Origin: Auanema rhodensis | Taxonomy: Eukaryota > Animalia > Nematoda | Length of the DNA stretch: 64,000 bases | Reading direction: 5' to 3' | NCBI GenBank assembly: GCA_964057225.1 | Contig: OZ059895.1 | Span: forward strand, 20,584,001 to 20,648,000 | Part shown: positions 23,401 through 38,259 of the stretch, in pieces | How the letters are laid out: each line of letters starts with the position of its first letter | Numbering within the stretch: the first letter of the stretch is position 1 | The notes under the pieces: model-generated | What the model was told of the DNA's origin: nothing | Database searches by the model: none | Seen by the model: only the letters and a program-made list of their open reading frames with translations | Made by a program: the position numbers and the translations under genes

Positions 23401-25300
23401 CGTTTCTCAATGTAGAATAGTGCATTCGATGCGGATTTTCAAGCTGCGTCGGTCTGTGTTATCAGATTTGCGCTAGCTTAAAAATGCACCGAGATATCAA
23501 CTGATATATGTTCACACTTATATCCTCGATTTTCACCCTGAAGAATTAATTTTTTCGTTGAATAACAATGTCCATCGTCTTTGCCTCGAAAAAAGGAATC
23601 TAAAAACATCTACTTTTTGCTAAATTATTCTGAAATTTTTCGAAAAAATTTTTGTCAAAATGTTTTTGGAAGCAATGTTGAGTGTACATGGAAACTCAAC
23701 ATACACTAATGCATCATTTTTCAAACGATCATAACTAATTTTTGTATTGAGCGTTTCTCAATGTAGAATAGTGCATTCGATGCGGATTTTTAAGCTGCGT
23801 CGGTCTGTGTTATCAGATTTGCGCTAGCTTAAAAATGCACCGAGATATCAACTGATATATGTTCACACTTATATCCTCGATTTTCACCCTGAAGAATTAA
23901 TTTTTTCGTTGAATTACAATGTCCATCGTCTTCGCCTTGAAAAAAGGAATCTAAAAACATCTTCTTTTTGCTAAATTATTTTGAAATTTTTCGAAAAAAT
24001 TTTTGTCAAAATGTTTTTGGAAGCAATGTTGAGTGTACATGGAAACTCAACATACACTAATGCATCATTTTTCAAACGATCATAACTAATTTTTGTATTA
24101 AGCGTTTCTCAATGTAGTATAGTGCATTCGATGCGGATTTTTAAGCTGCGTCGATCTGTGTTATCAGATTTGCGCTAGCTTAAAAATGCACCGAGATATC
24201 AACTGATATAAGTTCACACTTATATCCTCGATTTTCACCCTGAAGAATTAATTTTTTCGTTGAATAACATCGTCCATCGTCTTTGCTTTGAAAAAAGGAA
24301 TCTAAAAACATCTACTTTTTGCTAAATTATTCTGAAATTTTTCGAAAAAATTTTTGTCAAAATGTTTTTGGAAGCAATGTTGAGTGTACATGGAAACTCA
24401 ACATACACTAATGCATCATTTTTCAAACGATCATAACTAATTTTTGTATTGAGCGTTTCTCAATGTAGAAAAGTGCATTCGATGCGGATTTTTAAGCTGC
24501 GTCGGTCTGTGTTATCAGATTTGCGCTAGCTTAAAAATGCACCGAGATATCAACTGATATATGTTCACACTTATATCCTCGATTTTCACCCTGAAGAATT
24601 AATTTTTTCGTTGAATTACAATGTCCATCGTCTTTGCCTTGAAAAAAGGAATCTAAAAACATCTACTTTTTGCTAAATTATTCTGAAATTTTTCGAAAAA
24701 ATTTTTGTCAAAATGTTTTTGGAAGCAATGTTGAGTGTACATGGAAACTCAACATACACTAATGCATCATTTTTCAAACGATCATAACTAATTTTTGTAT
24801 TGAGCGTTTCTCAATGTAGAATAGTGCATTCGATGCGGATTTTTAAGCTGCGTCGGTCTGTGTTATCAGATTTGCGCTAGCTTAAAAATGCACCGAGATA
24901 TCAACTGATATATGTTCACACTTATATCCTCGATTTTCACCCTGAAGAATTAATTTTTTCGTTGAATAACAATGTCCATCGTCTTTGCCTTGAAAAAAGG
25001 AATCTAAAAACATCTACTTTTTGCTAAATTATTTTGAAATTTTTCGAAAAAATTTTTGTCAAAATGTTTTTGGAAGCAATGTTGATTGTACATGGAAACT
25101 CAACATACACTAATGCATCATTTTTCAAACGATCATAACTAATTTTTGTATTGAGCGTTTCTCAATGTAGAAAAGTGCATTCGATGCGGATTTTTAAGCT
25201 GCGTCGGTCTGTGTTATCAGATTTGCGCTAGCTTAAAAATGCACCGAGATATCAACTGATATATGTTCACACTTATATCCTCGATTTTCACCCTGAAGAA
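17450..25300 (+). repeat. 12-monomer higher-order duplication (offset 4212 bp) in the 351-bp array
   Basis: Variants CGCAGGA (17504/21716), ACTGACA (17884/22096), AAAAACATCTTC (19741/23953) and TTGCTTTG (20071/24283) all recur at offset 4212 = 12x351. Boundaries are approximate. Confidence 0.85.
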
Positions 25301-28300
25301 TTAATTTTTTCGTTGAATAACATCGTCCATCGTCTTTGCTTTGAAAGAAGGAATCTAAAAACATCTACTTTTTGCTAAATTATTTTGAAATTTTTCGAAA
25401 AAATTTTTGTCAAAATGTTTTTGGAAGCAATGTTGATTGTACATGGAAACTCAACATACACTAATGCATCATTTTTCAAACGATCATAACTAATTTTTGT
25501 ATTGAGCGTTTCTCAATGTAGAAAAGTGCATTCGATGCGGATTTTTAAGCTGCGTCGGTCTGTGTTATCAGATTTGCGCTAGCTTAAAAATGCACCGAGA
25601 TATCAACTGATATATGTTCACACTTATATCCTCGATTTTCACCCTGAAGAATTAATTTTTTCGTTGAATAACAATGTCCATCGTCTTTGCCTTGAAAAAA
25701 GGAATCTAAAAACATCTACTTTTTGCTAAATTATTTTGAAATTTTTCGAAAAAATTTTTGTCAAAATGTTTTTGGAAGCAATGTTGAGTGTACATGGAAA
25801 CTCAACATACACTAATGCATCATTTTTCAAACGATCATAACTAATTTTTGTATTAAGCGTTTCTCAATGTAGTATAGTGCATTCGATGCGGATTTTTAAG
25901 CTGCGTCGATCTGTGTTATCAGATTTGCGCTAGCTTAAAAATGCACCGAGATATCAACTGATATAAGTTCACACTTATATCCTCGATTTTCACCCTGAAG
26001 AATTAATTTTTTCGTTGAATAACAATGTCCATCGTCTTCGCCTTGAAAGAAGGAATCTAAAAACATCTACTTTTTGCTAAATTATTTTGAAATTTTTCGA
26101 AAAAATTTTTGTCAAAATGTTTTTGGAAGCAATGTTGAGTGTACATGGAAACTCAACATACACTAATGCATCATTTTTCAAACGATCATAACTAATTTTT
26201 GTATTAAGCGTTTCTCAATGTAGTATAGTGCATTCGATGCGGATTTTTAAGCTGCGTCGATCTGTGTTATCAGATTTGCGCTAGCTTAAAAATGCACCGA
26301 GATATCAACTGATATAAGTTCACACTTATATCCTCGATTTTCACCCTGAAGAATTAATTTTTTCGTTGAATAACATCGTCCATCGTCTTTGCTTTGAAAA
26401 AAGGAATCTAAAAACATCTACTTTTTGCTAAATTATTCTGAAATTTTTCGAAAAAATTTTTGTCAAAATGTTTTTGGAAGCAATGTTGAGTGTACATGGA
26501 AACTCAACATACACTAATGCATCATTTTTCAAACGATCATAACTAATTTTTGTATTGAGCGTTTCTCAATGTAGAATAGTGCATTCGATGCGGATTTTTA
26601 AGCTGCGTCGGTCTGTGTTATCAGATTTGCGCTAGCTTAAAAATGCACCGAGATATCAACTGATATATGTTCACACTTATATCCTCGATTTTCACCCTGA
26701 AGAATTAATTTTTTCGTTGAATAACAATGTCCATCGTCTTTGCCTTGAAAAAAGGAATCTAAAAACATCTACTTTTTGCTAAATTATTTTGAAATTTTTC
26801 GAAAAAATTTTTGTCAAAATGTTTTTGGAAGCAATGTTGATTGTACATGGAAACTCAACATACACTAATGCATCATTTTTCAAACGATCATAACTAATTT
26901 TTGTATTGAGCGTTTCTCAATGTAGAAAAGTGCATTCGATGCGGATTTTTAAGCTGCGTCGGTCTGTGTTATCAGATTTGCGCTAGCTTAAAAATGCACC
27001 GAGATATCAACTGATATATGTTCACACTTATATCCTCGATTTTCACCCTGAAGAATTAATTTTTTCGTTGAATTACAATGTCCATCGTCTTTGCCTTGAA
27101 AAAAGAAATCTAAAAACATCTACTTTTTGCTAAATTATTCTGAAATTTTTCGAAAAAATTTTTGTCAAAATGTTTTTGGAAGCAATGTTGAGTGTACATG
27201 GAAACTCAACATACACTAATGCATCATTTTTCAAACGATCATAACTAATTTTTGTATTGAGCGTTTCTCAATGTAGAAAAGTGCATTCGATGCGGATTTT
27301 TAAGCTGCGTCGGTCTGTGTTATCAGATTTGCGCTAGCTTAAAAATGCACCGAGATATCAACTGATATATGTTCACACTTATATCCTCGATTTTCACCCT
27401 GAAGAATTAATTTTTTCGTTGAATTACAATGTCCATCGTCTTTGCCTTGAAAAAAGGAATCTAAAAACATCTACTTTTTGCTAAATTATTCTGAAATTTT
27501 TCGAAAAAATTTTTGTCAAAATGTTTTTGGAAGCAATGTTGAGTGTACATGGAAACTCAACATACACTAATGCATCATTTTTCAAACGATCATAACTAAT
27601 TTTTGTATTGAGCGTTTCTCAATGTAGAATAGTGCATTCGATGCGGATTTTTAAGCTGCGTCGGTCTGTGTTATCAGATTTGCGCTAGCTTAAAAATGCA
27701 CCGAGATATCAACTGATATAAGTTAACACTTATATCCTCGATTTTCACCCTGAAGAATTAATTTTTTCGTTGAATAACATTGTCCATCGTCTTTGCCTTG
27801 AAAAAAGAAATCTAAAAACATCTACTTTTTGCTAAATTATTTTGAAATTTTTCGAAAAAATTTTTGTCAAAATGTTTTTGGAAGCAATGTTGATTGTACA
27901 TGGAAACTCAACATACACTAATGCATCATTTTTCAAACGATCATAACTAATTTTTGTATTGAGCGTTTCTCAATGTAGAATAGTGCATTCGATGCGGATT
28001 TTCAAGCTGCGTCGGTCTGTGTTATCAGATTTGCGCTAGCTTAAAAATGCACCGAGATATCAACTGATATATGTTCACACTTATATCCTCGATTTTCACC
28101 CTGAAGAATTAATTTTTTCGTTGAATAACAATGTCCATCGTCTTTGCCTCGAAAAAAGGAATCTAAAAACATCTACTTTTTGCTAAATTATTCTGAAATT
28201 TTTCGAAAAAATTTTTGTCAAAATGTTTTTGGAAGCAATGTTGAGTGTACATGGAAACTCAACATACACTAATGCATCATTTTTCAAACGATCATAACTA

Positions 28301-31300
28301 ATTTTTGTATTAAGCGTTTCTCAATGTAGTATAGTGCATTCGATGCGGATTTTTAAGCTGCGTCGATCTGTGTTATCAGATTTGCGCTAGCTTAAAAATG
28401 CACCGAGATATCAACTGATATAAGTTCACACTTATATCCTCGATTTTCACCCTGAAGAATTAATTTTTTCGTTGAATAACAATGTCCATCGTCTTCGCCT
28501 TGAAAGAAGGAATCTAAAAACATCTACTTTTTGCTAAATTATTTTGAAATTTTTCGAAAAAATTTTTGTCAAAATGTTTTTGGAAGCAATGTTGATTGTA
28601 CATGGAAACTCAACATACACTAATGCATCATTTTTCAAACGATCATAACTAATTTTTGTATTAAGCGTTTCTCAATGTAGAAAAGTGCATTCGATGCGGA
28701 TTTTTAAGCTGCGTCGATCTGTGTTATCAGATTTGCGCTAGCTTAAAAATGCACCGAGATATCAACTGATATAAGTTCACACTTATATCCTCGATTTTCA
28801 CCCTGAAGAATTAATTTTTTCGTTGAATTACAATGTCCATCGTCTTTGCCTTGAAAAAAGGAATCTAAAAACATCTACTTTTTGCTAAATTATTCTGAAA
28901 TTTTTCGAAAAAATTTTTGTCAAAATGTTTTTGGAAGCAATGTTGAGTGTACATGGAAACTCAACATACACTAATGCATCATTTTTCAAACGATCATAAC
29001 TAATTTTTGTATTGAGCGTTTCTCAATGTAGAATAGTGCATTCGATGCGGATTTTTAAGCTGCGTCGGTCTGTGTTATCAGATTTGCGCTAGCTTAAAAA
29101 TGCACCGAGATATCAACTGATATATGTTCACACTTATATCCTCGATTTTCACCCTGAAGAATTAATTTTTTCGTTGAATAACAATGTCCATCGTCTTTGC
29201 CTTGAAAAAAGGAATCTAAAAACATCTACTTTTTGCTATATTATTTTGAAATTTTTCGAAAAAATTTTTGTCAAAATGTTTTTGGAAGCAATGTTGAGTG
29301 TACATGGAAACTCAACATACACTAATGCATCATTTTTCAAACGATCATAACTAATTTTTGTATTGAGCGTTTCTCAATGTAGAATAGTGCATTCGATGCG
29401 GATTTTTAAGCTGCGTCGGTCTGTGTTATCAGATTTGCGCTAGCTTAAAAATGCACCGAGATATCAACTGATATATGTTCACACTTATATCCTCGATTTT
29501 CACCCTGAAGAATTAATTTTTTCGTTGAATAACAATGTCCATCGTCTTTGCCTTGAAAAAAGGAATCTAAAAACATCTACTTTTTGCTAAATTATTTTGA
29601 AATTTTTCGAAAAAATTTTTGTCAAAATGTTTTTGGAAGCAATGTTGATTGTACATGGAAACTCAACATACACTAATGCATCATTTTTCAAACGATCATA
29701 ACTAATTTTTGTATTGAGCGTTTCTCAATGTAGAAAAGTGCATTCGATGCGGATTTTTAAGCTGCGTCGGTCTGTGTTATCAGATTTGCGCTAGCTTAAA
29801 AATGCACCGAGATATCAACTGATATATGTTCACACTTATATCCTCGATTTTCACCCTGAAGAATTAATTTTTTCGTTGAATAACAATGTCCATCGTCTTT
29901 GCCTTGAAAAAAGGAATCTAAAAACATCTACTTTTTGCTAAATTATTCTGAAATTTTTCGAAAAAATTTTTGTCAAAATGTTTTTGGAAGCAATGTTGAG
30001 TGTACATGGAAACTCAACATACACTAATGCATCATTTTTCAAACGATCATAACTAATTTTTGTATTGAGCGTTTCTCAATGTAGAATAGTGCATTCGATG
30101 CGGATTTTTAAGCTGCGTCGGTCTGTGTTATCAGATTTGCGCTAGCTTAAAAATGCACCGAGATATCAACTGATATAAGTTCACACTTATATCCTCGATT
30201 TTCACCCTGAAGAATTAATTTTTTCGTTGAATAACAATGTCCATCGTCTTTGCCTTGAAAAAAGGAATCTAAAAACATCTACTTTTTGCTAAATTATTCT
30301 GAAATTTTTCGAAAAAATTTTTGTCAAAATGTTTTTGGAAGCAATGTTGAGTGTACATGGAAACTCAACATACACTAATGCATCATTTTTCAAACGATCA
30401 TAACTAATTTTTGTATTGAGCGTTTCTCAATGTAGAATAGTGCATTCGATGCGGATTTTTAAGCTGCGTCGGTCTGTGTTATCAGATTTGCGCTAGCTTA
30501 AAAATGCACCGAGATATCAACTGATATATGTTCACACTTATATCCTCGATTTTCACCCTGAAGAATTAATTTTTTCGTTGAATAACAATGTCCATCGTCT
30601 TCGCCTTGAAAAAAGGAATCTAAAAACATTTACTTTTTGCTATATTATTTTGAAATTTTTCGAAAAAATTTTTGTCAAAATGTTTTTGGAAGCAATGTTG
30701 AGTGTACATGGAAACTCAACATACACTAATGCATCATTTTTCAAACGATCATAACTAATTTTTGTATTGAACGTTTCTCAATGTAGTATAGTGCATTCGA
30801 TGCGGATTTTTAAGCTGCGTCGATCTGTGTTATCAGATTTGCGCAGGATTAAAAATGCACCGAGATATCAACTGATATAAGTTCACACTTATATCCTCGA
30901 TTTTCACCCTGAAGAATTAATTTTTTCGTTGAATAACATCGTCCATCGTCTTTGCCTTGAAAAAAGGAATCTAAAAACATCTACTTTTTGCTAAATTATT
31001 TTGAAATTTTTCGAAAAAATTTTTGTCAAAATGTTTTTGGAAGCAATGTTGATTGTACATGGAAACTCAACATACACTAATGCATCATTTTTCAAACGAT
31101 CATAACTAATTTTTGTATTGAGCGTTTCTCAATGTAGAAAAGTGCATTCGATGCGGATTTTTAAGCTGCGTCGGTCTGTGTTATCAGATTTGCGCTAGCT
31201 TAAAAATGCACCGAGATATCAACTGATATATGTTCACACTTATATCCTCGATTTTCACCCTGAAGAATTAATTTTTTCGTTGAATAACAATGTCCATCGT

Positions 31301-34300
31301 CTTTGCCTTGAAAAAAGGAATCTAAAAACATCTACTTTTTGCTAAATTATTCTGAAATTTTTCGAAAAAATTTTTGTCAAAATGTTTTTGGAAGCAATGT
31401 TGAGTGTACATGGAAACTCAACATACACTAATGCATCATTTTTCAAACGATCATAACTAATTTTTGTATTGAGCGTTTCTCAATGTAGAATAGTGCATTC
31501 GATGCGGATTTTTAAGCTGCGTCGGTCTGTGTTATCAGATTTGCGCTAGCTTAAAAATGCACCGAGATATCAACTGATATAAGTTCACACTTATATCCTC
31601 GATTTTCACCCTGAAGAATTAATTTTTTCGTTGAATAACATTGTCCATCGTCTTTGCCTTGAAAAAAGGAATCTAAAAACATCTACTTTTTGCTAAATTA
31701 TTTTGAAATTTTTCGAAAAAATTTTTGTCAAAATGTTTTTGGAAGCAATGTTGATTGTACATGGAAACTCAACATACACTAATGCATCATTTTTCAAACG
31801 ATCATAACTAATTTTTGTATTGAGCGTTTCTCAATGTAGAAAAGTGCATTCGATGCGGATTTTTAAGCTGCGTCGGTCTGTGTTATCAGATTTGCGCTAG
31901 CTTAAAAATGCACCGAGATATCAACTGATATATGTTCACACTTATATCCTCGATTTTCACCCTGAAGAATTAATTTTTTCGTTGAATAACAATGTCCATC
32001 GTCTTTGCCTTGAAAAAAGGAATCTAAAAACATCTACTTTTTGCTAAATTATTCTGAAATTTTTCGAAAAAATTTTTGTCAAAATGTTTTTGGAAGCAAT
32101 GTTGAGTGTACATGGAAACTCAACATACACTAATGCATCATTTTTCAAACGATCATAACTAATTTTTGTATTGAGCGTTTCTCAATGTAGAATAGTGCAT
32201 TCGATGCGGATTTTCAAGCTGCGTCGGTCTGTGTTATCAGATTTGCGCTAGCTTAAAAATGCACCGAGATATCAACTGATATATGTTCACACTTATATCC
32301 TCGATTTTCACCCTGAAGAATTAATTTTTTCGTTGAATAACAATGTCCATCGTCTTTGCCTTGAAAAAAGGAATCTAAAAACATCTACTTTTTGCTAAAT
32401 TATTCTGAAATTTTTCGAAAAAATTTTTGTCAAAATGTTTTTGGAAGCAATGTTGAGTGTACATGGAAACTCAACATACACTAATGCATCATTTTTCAAA
32501 CGATCATAACTAATTTTTGTATTGAGCGTTTCTCAATGTAGAATAGTGCATTCGATGCGGATTTTTAAGCTGCGTCGGTCTGTGTTATCAGATTTGCGCT
32601 AGCTTAAAAATGCACCGAGATATCAACTGATATATGTTCACACTTATATCCTCGATTTTCACCCTGAAGAATTAATTTTTTCGTTGAATAACAATGTCCA
32701 TCGTCTTCGCCTTGAAAAAAGGAATCTAAAAACATCTTCTTTTTGCTAAATTATTCTGAAATTTTTCGAAAAAATTTTTGTCAAAATGTTTTTGGAAGCA
32801 ATGTTGAGTGTACATGGAAACTCAACATACACTAATGCATCATTTTTCAAACGATCATAACTAATTTTTGTATTGAACGTTTCTCAATGTAGAAAAGTGC
32901 ATTCGATGCGGATTTTTAAGCTGCGTCGGTCTGTGTTATCAGATTTGCGCTAGCTTAAAAATGCACCGAGATATCAACTGATATATGTTCACACTTATAT
33001 CCTCGATTTTCACCCTGAAGAATTAATTTTTTCGTTGAATAACAATGTCCATCGTCTTTGCCTTGAAAAAAGGAATCTAAAAACATCTACTTTTTGCTAA
33101 ATTATTCTGAAATTTTTCGAAAAAATTTTTGTCAAAATGTTTTTGGAAGCAATGTTGAGTGTACATGGAAACTCAACATACACTAATGCATCATTTTTCA
33201 AACGATCATAACTAATTTTTGTATTGAGCGTTTCTCAATGTAGAATAGTGCATTCGATGCGGATTTTCAAGCTGCGTCGGTCTGTGTTATCAGATTTGCG
33301 CTAGCTTAAAAATGCACCGAGATATCAACTGATATATGTTCACACTTATATCCTCGATTTTCACCCTGAAGAATTAATTTTTTCGTTGAATAACAATGTC
33401 CATCGTCTTTGCCTCGAAAAAAGGAATCTAAAAACATCTACTTTTTGCTAAATTATTCTGAAATTTTTCGAAAAAATTTTTGTCAAAATGTTTTTGGAAG
33501 CAATGTTGAGTGTACATGGAAACTCAACATACACTAATGCATCATTTTTCAAACGATCATAACTAATTTTTGTATTGAGCGTTTCTCAATGTAGAATAGT
33601 GCATTCGATGCGGATTTTTAAGCTGCGTCGGTCTGTGTTATCAGATTTGCGCTAGCTTAAAAATGCACCGAGATATCAACTGATATATGTTCACACTTAT
33701 ATCCTCGATTTTCACCCTGAAGAATTAATTTTTTCGTTGAATAACAATGTCCATCGTCTTCGCCTTGAAAAAAGGAATCTAAAAACATCTTCTTTTTGCT
33801 AAATTATTCTGAAATTTTTCGAAAAAATTTTTGTCAAAATGTTTTTGGAAGCAATGTTGAGTGTACATGGAAACTCAACATACACTAATGCATCATTTTT
33901 CAAACGATCATAACTAATTTTTGTATTGAACGTTTCTCAATGTAGAAAAGTGCATTCGATGCGGATTTTTAAGCTGCGTCGATCTGTGTTATCAGATTTG
34001 CGCAGGATTAAAAATGCACCGAGATATCAACTGATATATGTTCACACTTATATTCTCGATTTTCACCCTGAAGATGTAATTTTTTCGTTGAATAACATCG
34101 TCCATCGTCTTTGCCTTGAAAAAAGGAATCTAAAAACATCTACTTTTCGCTAAATTATTTTGAAATTTTTCGAAAAAATTTTTGTCAAAATGTTTTTGGA
34201 AGCAATGTTGATTGTACATGGAAACTCAACATACACTAATGCATCATTTTTCAAACGATCATAACTAATTTTTGTATTGAGCGTTTCTCAATGTAGAAAA

Positions 34301-34333
34301 GTGCATTCGATGCGGATTTTTAAGCTGCGTCGG

Positions 34334-37300
34334 TCTGTGTTATCAGATTTGCGCTAGCTTAAAAATGCACCGAGATATCAACTGATTTAAGTTCACACTT
34401 ATATCCTCGATTTTCACCCTGAAGAATTAATTTTTTCGTTGAATAACATCGTCCATCGTCTTTGCTTTGAAAAAAGGAATCTAAAAACATCTACTTTTTG
34501 CTAAATTATTCTGAAATTTTTCGAAAAAATTTTTGTCAAAATGTTTTTGGAAGCAATGTTGAGTGTACATGGAAACTCAACATACACTAATGCATCATTT
34601 TTCAAACGATCATAACTAATTTTTGTATTGAGCGTTTCTCAATGTAGAATAGTGCATTCGATGCGGATTTTTAAGCTGCGTCGGTCTGTGTTATCAGATT
34701 TGCGCTAGCTTAAAAATGCACCGAGATATCAACTGATATATGTTCACACTTATATCCTCGATTTTCACCCTGAAGAATTAATTTTTTCGTTGAATAACAA
34801 TGTCCATCGTCTTTGCCTTGAAAAAAGGAATCTAAAAACATCTACTTTTTGCTATATTATTTTGAAATTTTTCGAAAAAATTTTTGTCAAAATGTTTTTG
34901 GAAGCAATGTTGAGTGTACATGGAAACTCAACATACACTAATGCATCATTTTTCAAACGATCATAACTAATTTTTGTATTGAGCGTTTCTCAATGTAGTA
35001 TAGTGCATTCGATGCGGATTTTTAAGCTGCGTCGATCTGTGTTATCAGATTTGCGCAGGATTAAAAATGCACCGAGATATCAACTGATATAAGTTCACAC
35101 TTATATCCTCGATTTTCACCCTGAAGAATTAATTTTTTCGTTGAATAACATCGTCCATCGTCTTTGCCTTGAAAAAAGGAATCTAAAAACATCTACTTTT
35201 TGCTAAATTATTTTGAAATTTTTCGAAAAAATTTTTGTCAAAATGTCCGAGATATCAACTGATATATGTTCACACTTATATCCTCGATTTTCACCCTGAA
35301 GAATTAATTTTTTCGTTGAATAACAATGTCCATCGTCTTCGCCTTGAAAAAAGGAATCTAAAAACATCTACTTTTTGCTATATTATTTTGAAATTTTTCG
35401 AAAAAATTTTTGTCAAAATGTTTTTGGAAGCAATGTTGAGTGTACATGGAAACTCAACATACACTAATGCATCATTTTTCAAACGATCATAACTAATTTT
35501 TGTATTGAGCGTTTCTCAATGTAGAAAAGTGCATTCGATGCGGATTTTTAAGCTGCGTCGGTCTGTGTTATCAGATTTGCGCTAGCTTAAAAATGCACCG
35601 AGATATCAACTGATATATGTTCACACTTATATCCTCGATTTTCACCCTGAAGAATTAATTTTTTCGTTGAATAACAATGTCCATCGTCTTTGCCTTGAAA
35701 AAAGGAATCTAAAAACATCTACTTTTTGCTAAATTATTCTGAAATTTTTCGAAAAAATTTTTGTCAAAATGTTTTTGGAAGCAATGTTGAGTGTACATGG
35801 AAACTCAACATACACTAATGCATCATTTTTCAAACGATCATAACTAATTTTTGTATTGAGCATTTCTCAATGTAGAATAGTGCATTCGATGCGGATTTTT
35901 AAGCTGCGTCGGTCTGTGTTATCAGATTTGCGCTAGCTTAAAAATGCACCGAGATATCAACTGATATATGTTCACACTTATATCCTCGATTTTCACCCTG
36001 AAGAATTAATTTTTTCGTTGAATAACAATGTCCATCGTCTTCGCCTTGAAAAAAGGAATCTAAAAACATCTACTTTTTGCTAAATTATTCTGAAATTTTT
36101 CGAAAAAATTTTTGTCAAAATGTTTTTGGAAGCAATGTTGAGTGTACATGGAAACTCAACATACACTAATGCATCATTTTTCAAACGATCATAACTAATT
36201 TTTGTATTAAGCGTTTCTCAATGTAGTATAGTGCATTCGATGCGGATTTTTAAGCTGCGTCGATCTGTGTTATCAGATTTGCGCTAGCTTAAAAATGCAC
36301 CGAGATATCAACTGATTTAAGTTCACACTTATATCCTCGATTTTCACCCTGAAGAATTAATTTTTTCGTTGAATAACATCGTCCATCGTCTTTGCTTTGA
36401 AAAAAGGAATCTAAAAACATCTACTTTTTGCTAAATTATTCTGAAATTTTTCGAAAAAATTTTTGTCAAAATGTTTTTGGAAGCAATGTTGAGTGTACAT
36501 GGAAACTCAACATACACTAATGCATCATTTTTCAAACGATCATAACTAATTTTTGTATTGAGCGTTTCTCAATGTAGAATAGTGCATTCGATGCGGATTT
36601 TTAAGCTGCGTCGGTCTGTGTTATCAGATTTGCGCTAGCTTAAAAATGCACCGAGATATCAACTGATATATGTTCACACTTATATCCTCGATTTTCACCC
36701 TGAAGAATTAATTTTTTCGTTGAATAACAATGTCCATCGTCTTTGCCTTGAAAAAAGGAATCTAAAAACATCTACTTTTTGCTATATTATTTTGAAATTT
36801 TTCGAAAAAATTTTTGTCAAAATGTTTTTGGAAGCAATGTTGAGTGTACATGGAAACTCAACATACACTAATGCATCATTTTTCAAACGATCATAACTAA
36901 TTTTTGTATTGAGCGTTTCTCAATGTAGTATAGTGCATTCGATGCGGATTTTTAAGCTGCGTCGATCTGTGTTATCAGATTTGCGCAGGATTAAAAATGC
37001 ACCGAGATATCAACTGATATAAGTTCACACTTATATCCTCGATTTTCACCCTGAAGAATTAATTTTTTCGTTGAATAACATCGTCCATCGTCTTTGCCTT
37101 GAAAAAAGGAATCTAAAAACATCTACTTTTTGCTAAATTATTTTGAAATTTTTCGAAAAAATTTTTGTCAAAATGTCCGAGATATCAACTGATATATGTT
37201 CACACTTATATCCTCGATTTTCACCCTGAAGAATTAATTTTTTCGTTGAATAACAATGTCCATCGTCTTCGCCTTGAAAAAAGGAATCTAAAAACATCTA

Positions 37301-37970
37301 CTTTTTGCTATATTATTTTGAAATTTTTCGAAAAAATTTTTGTCAAAATGTTTTTGGAAGCAATGTTGAGTGTACATGGAAACTCAACATACACTAATGC
37401 ATCATTTTTCAAACGATCATAACTAATTTTTGTATTGAGCGTTTCTCAATGTAGAAAAGTGCATTCGATGCGGATTTTTAAGCTGCGTCGGTCTGTGTTA
37501 TCAGATTTGCGCTAGCTTAAAAATGCACCGAGATATCAACTGATATATGTTCACACTTATATCCTCGATTTTCACCCTGAAGAATTAATTTTTTCGTTGA
37601 ATAACAATGTCCATCGTCTTTGCCTTGAAAAAAGGAATCTAAAAACATCTACTTTTTGCTAAATTATTCTGAAATTTTTCGAAAAAATTTTTGTCAAAAT
37701 GTTTTTGGAAGCAATGTTGAGTGTACATGGAAACTCAACATACACTAATGCATCATTTTTCAAACGATCATAACTAATTTTTGTATTGAGCGTTTCTCAA
37801 TGTAGAATAGTGCATTCGATGCGGATTTTTAAGCTGCGTCGGTCTGTGTTATCAGATTTGCGCTAGCTTAAAAATGCACCGAGATATCAACTGATATATG
37901 TTCACACTTATATCCTCGATTTTCACCCTGAAGAATTAATTTTTTCGTTGAATAACAATGTCCATCGTCT
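34334..37970 (+). repeat. 1930-bp higher-order duplication containing a 175-bp truncated monomer
   Basis: ACTGATTTAA (34381/36311) and the deletion junction AAAATGT|CCGAG (35246/37176) recur at offset 1930 = 6x351 - 176. Boundaries are approximate. Confidence 0.9.
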
Positions 37971-38259
37971 TTGCCTTGAAAAAAGGAATCTAAAAACATC
38001 TACTTTTTGCTAAATTATTCTGAAATTTTTCGAAAAAATTTTTGTCAAAATGTTTTTGGAAGCAATGTTGAGTGTACATGGAAACTCAACATACACTAAT
38101 GCATCATTTTTCAAACGATCATAACTAATTTTTGTATTGAGCGTTTCTCAATGTAGAATAGTGCATTCGATGCGGATTTTTAAGCTGCGTCGGTCTGTGT
38201 TATCAGATTTGCGCTAGCTTAAAAATGCACCGAGATATCAACTGATATATGTTCACACT

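Noticed and set aside
33926-34153. 75-aa ORF
   Set aside because: It is a translation of one variant 351-bp monomer. The neighbouring copies have in-frame stops.
35235-37422. Two identical 85-aa ORFs (35235-35492 and 37165-37422)
   Set aside because: They are created by the 176-bp deletion junction plus a TAA>TAT variant, and duplicated with the 1930-bp HOR. There is no sign of a real gene.
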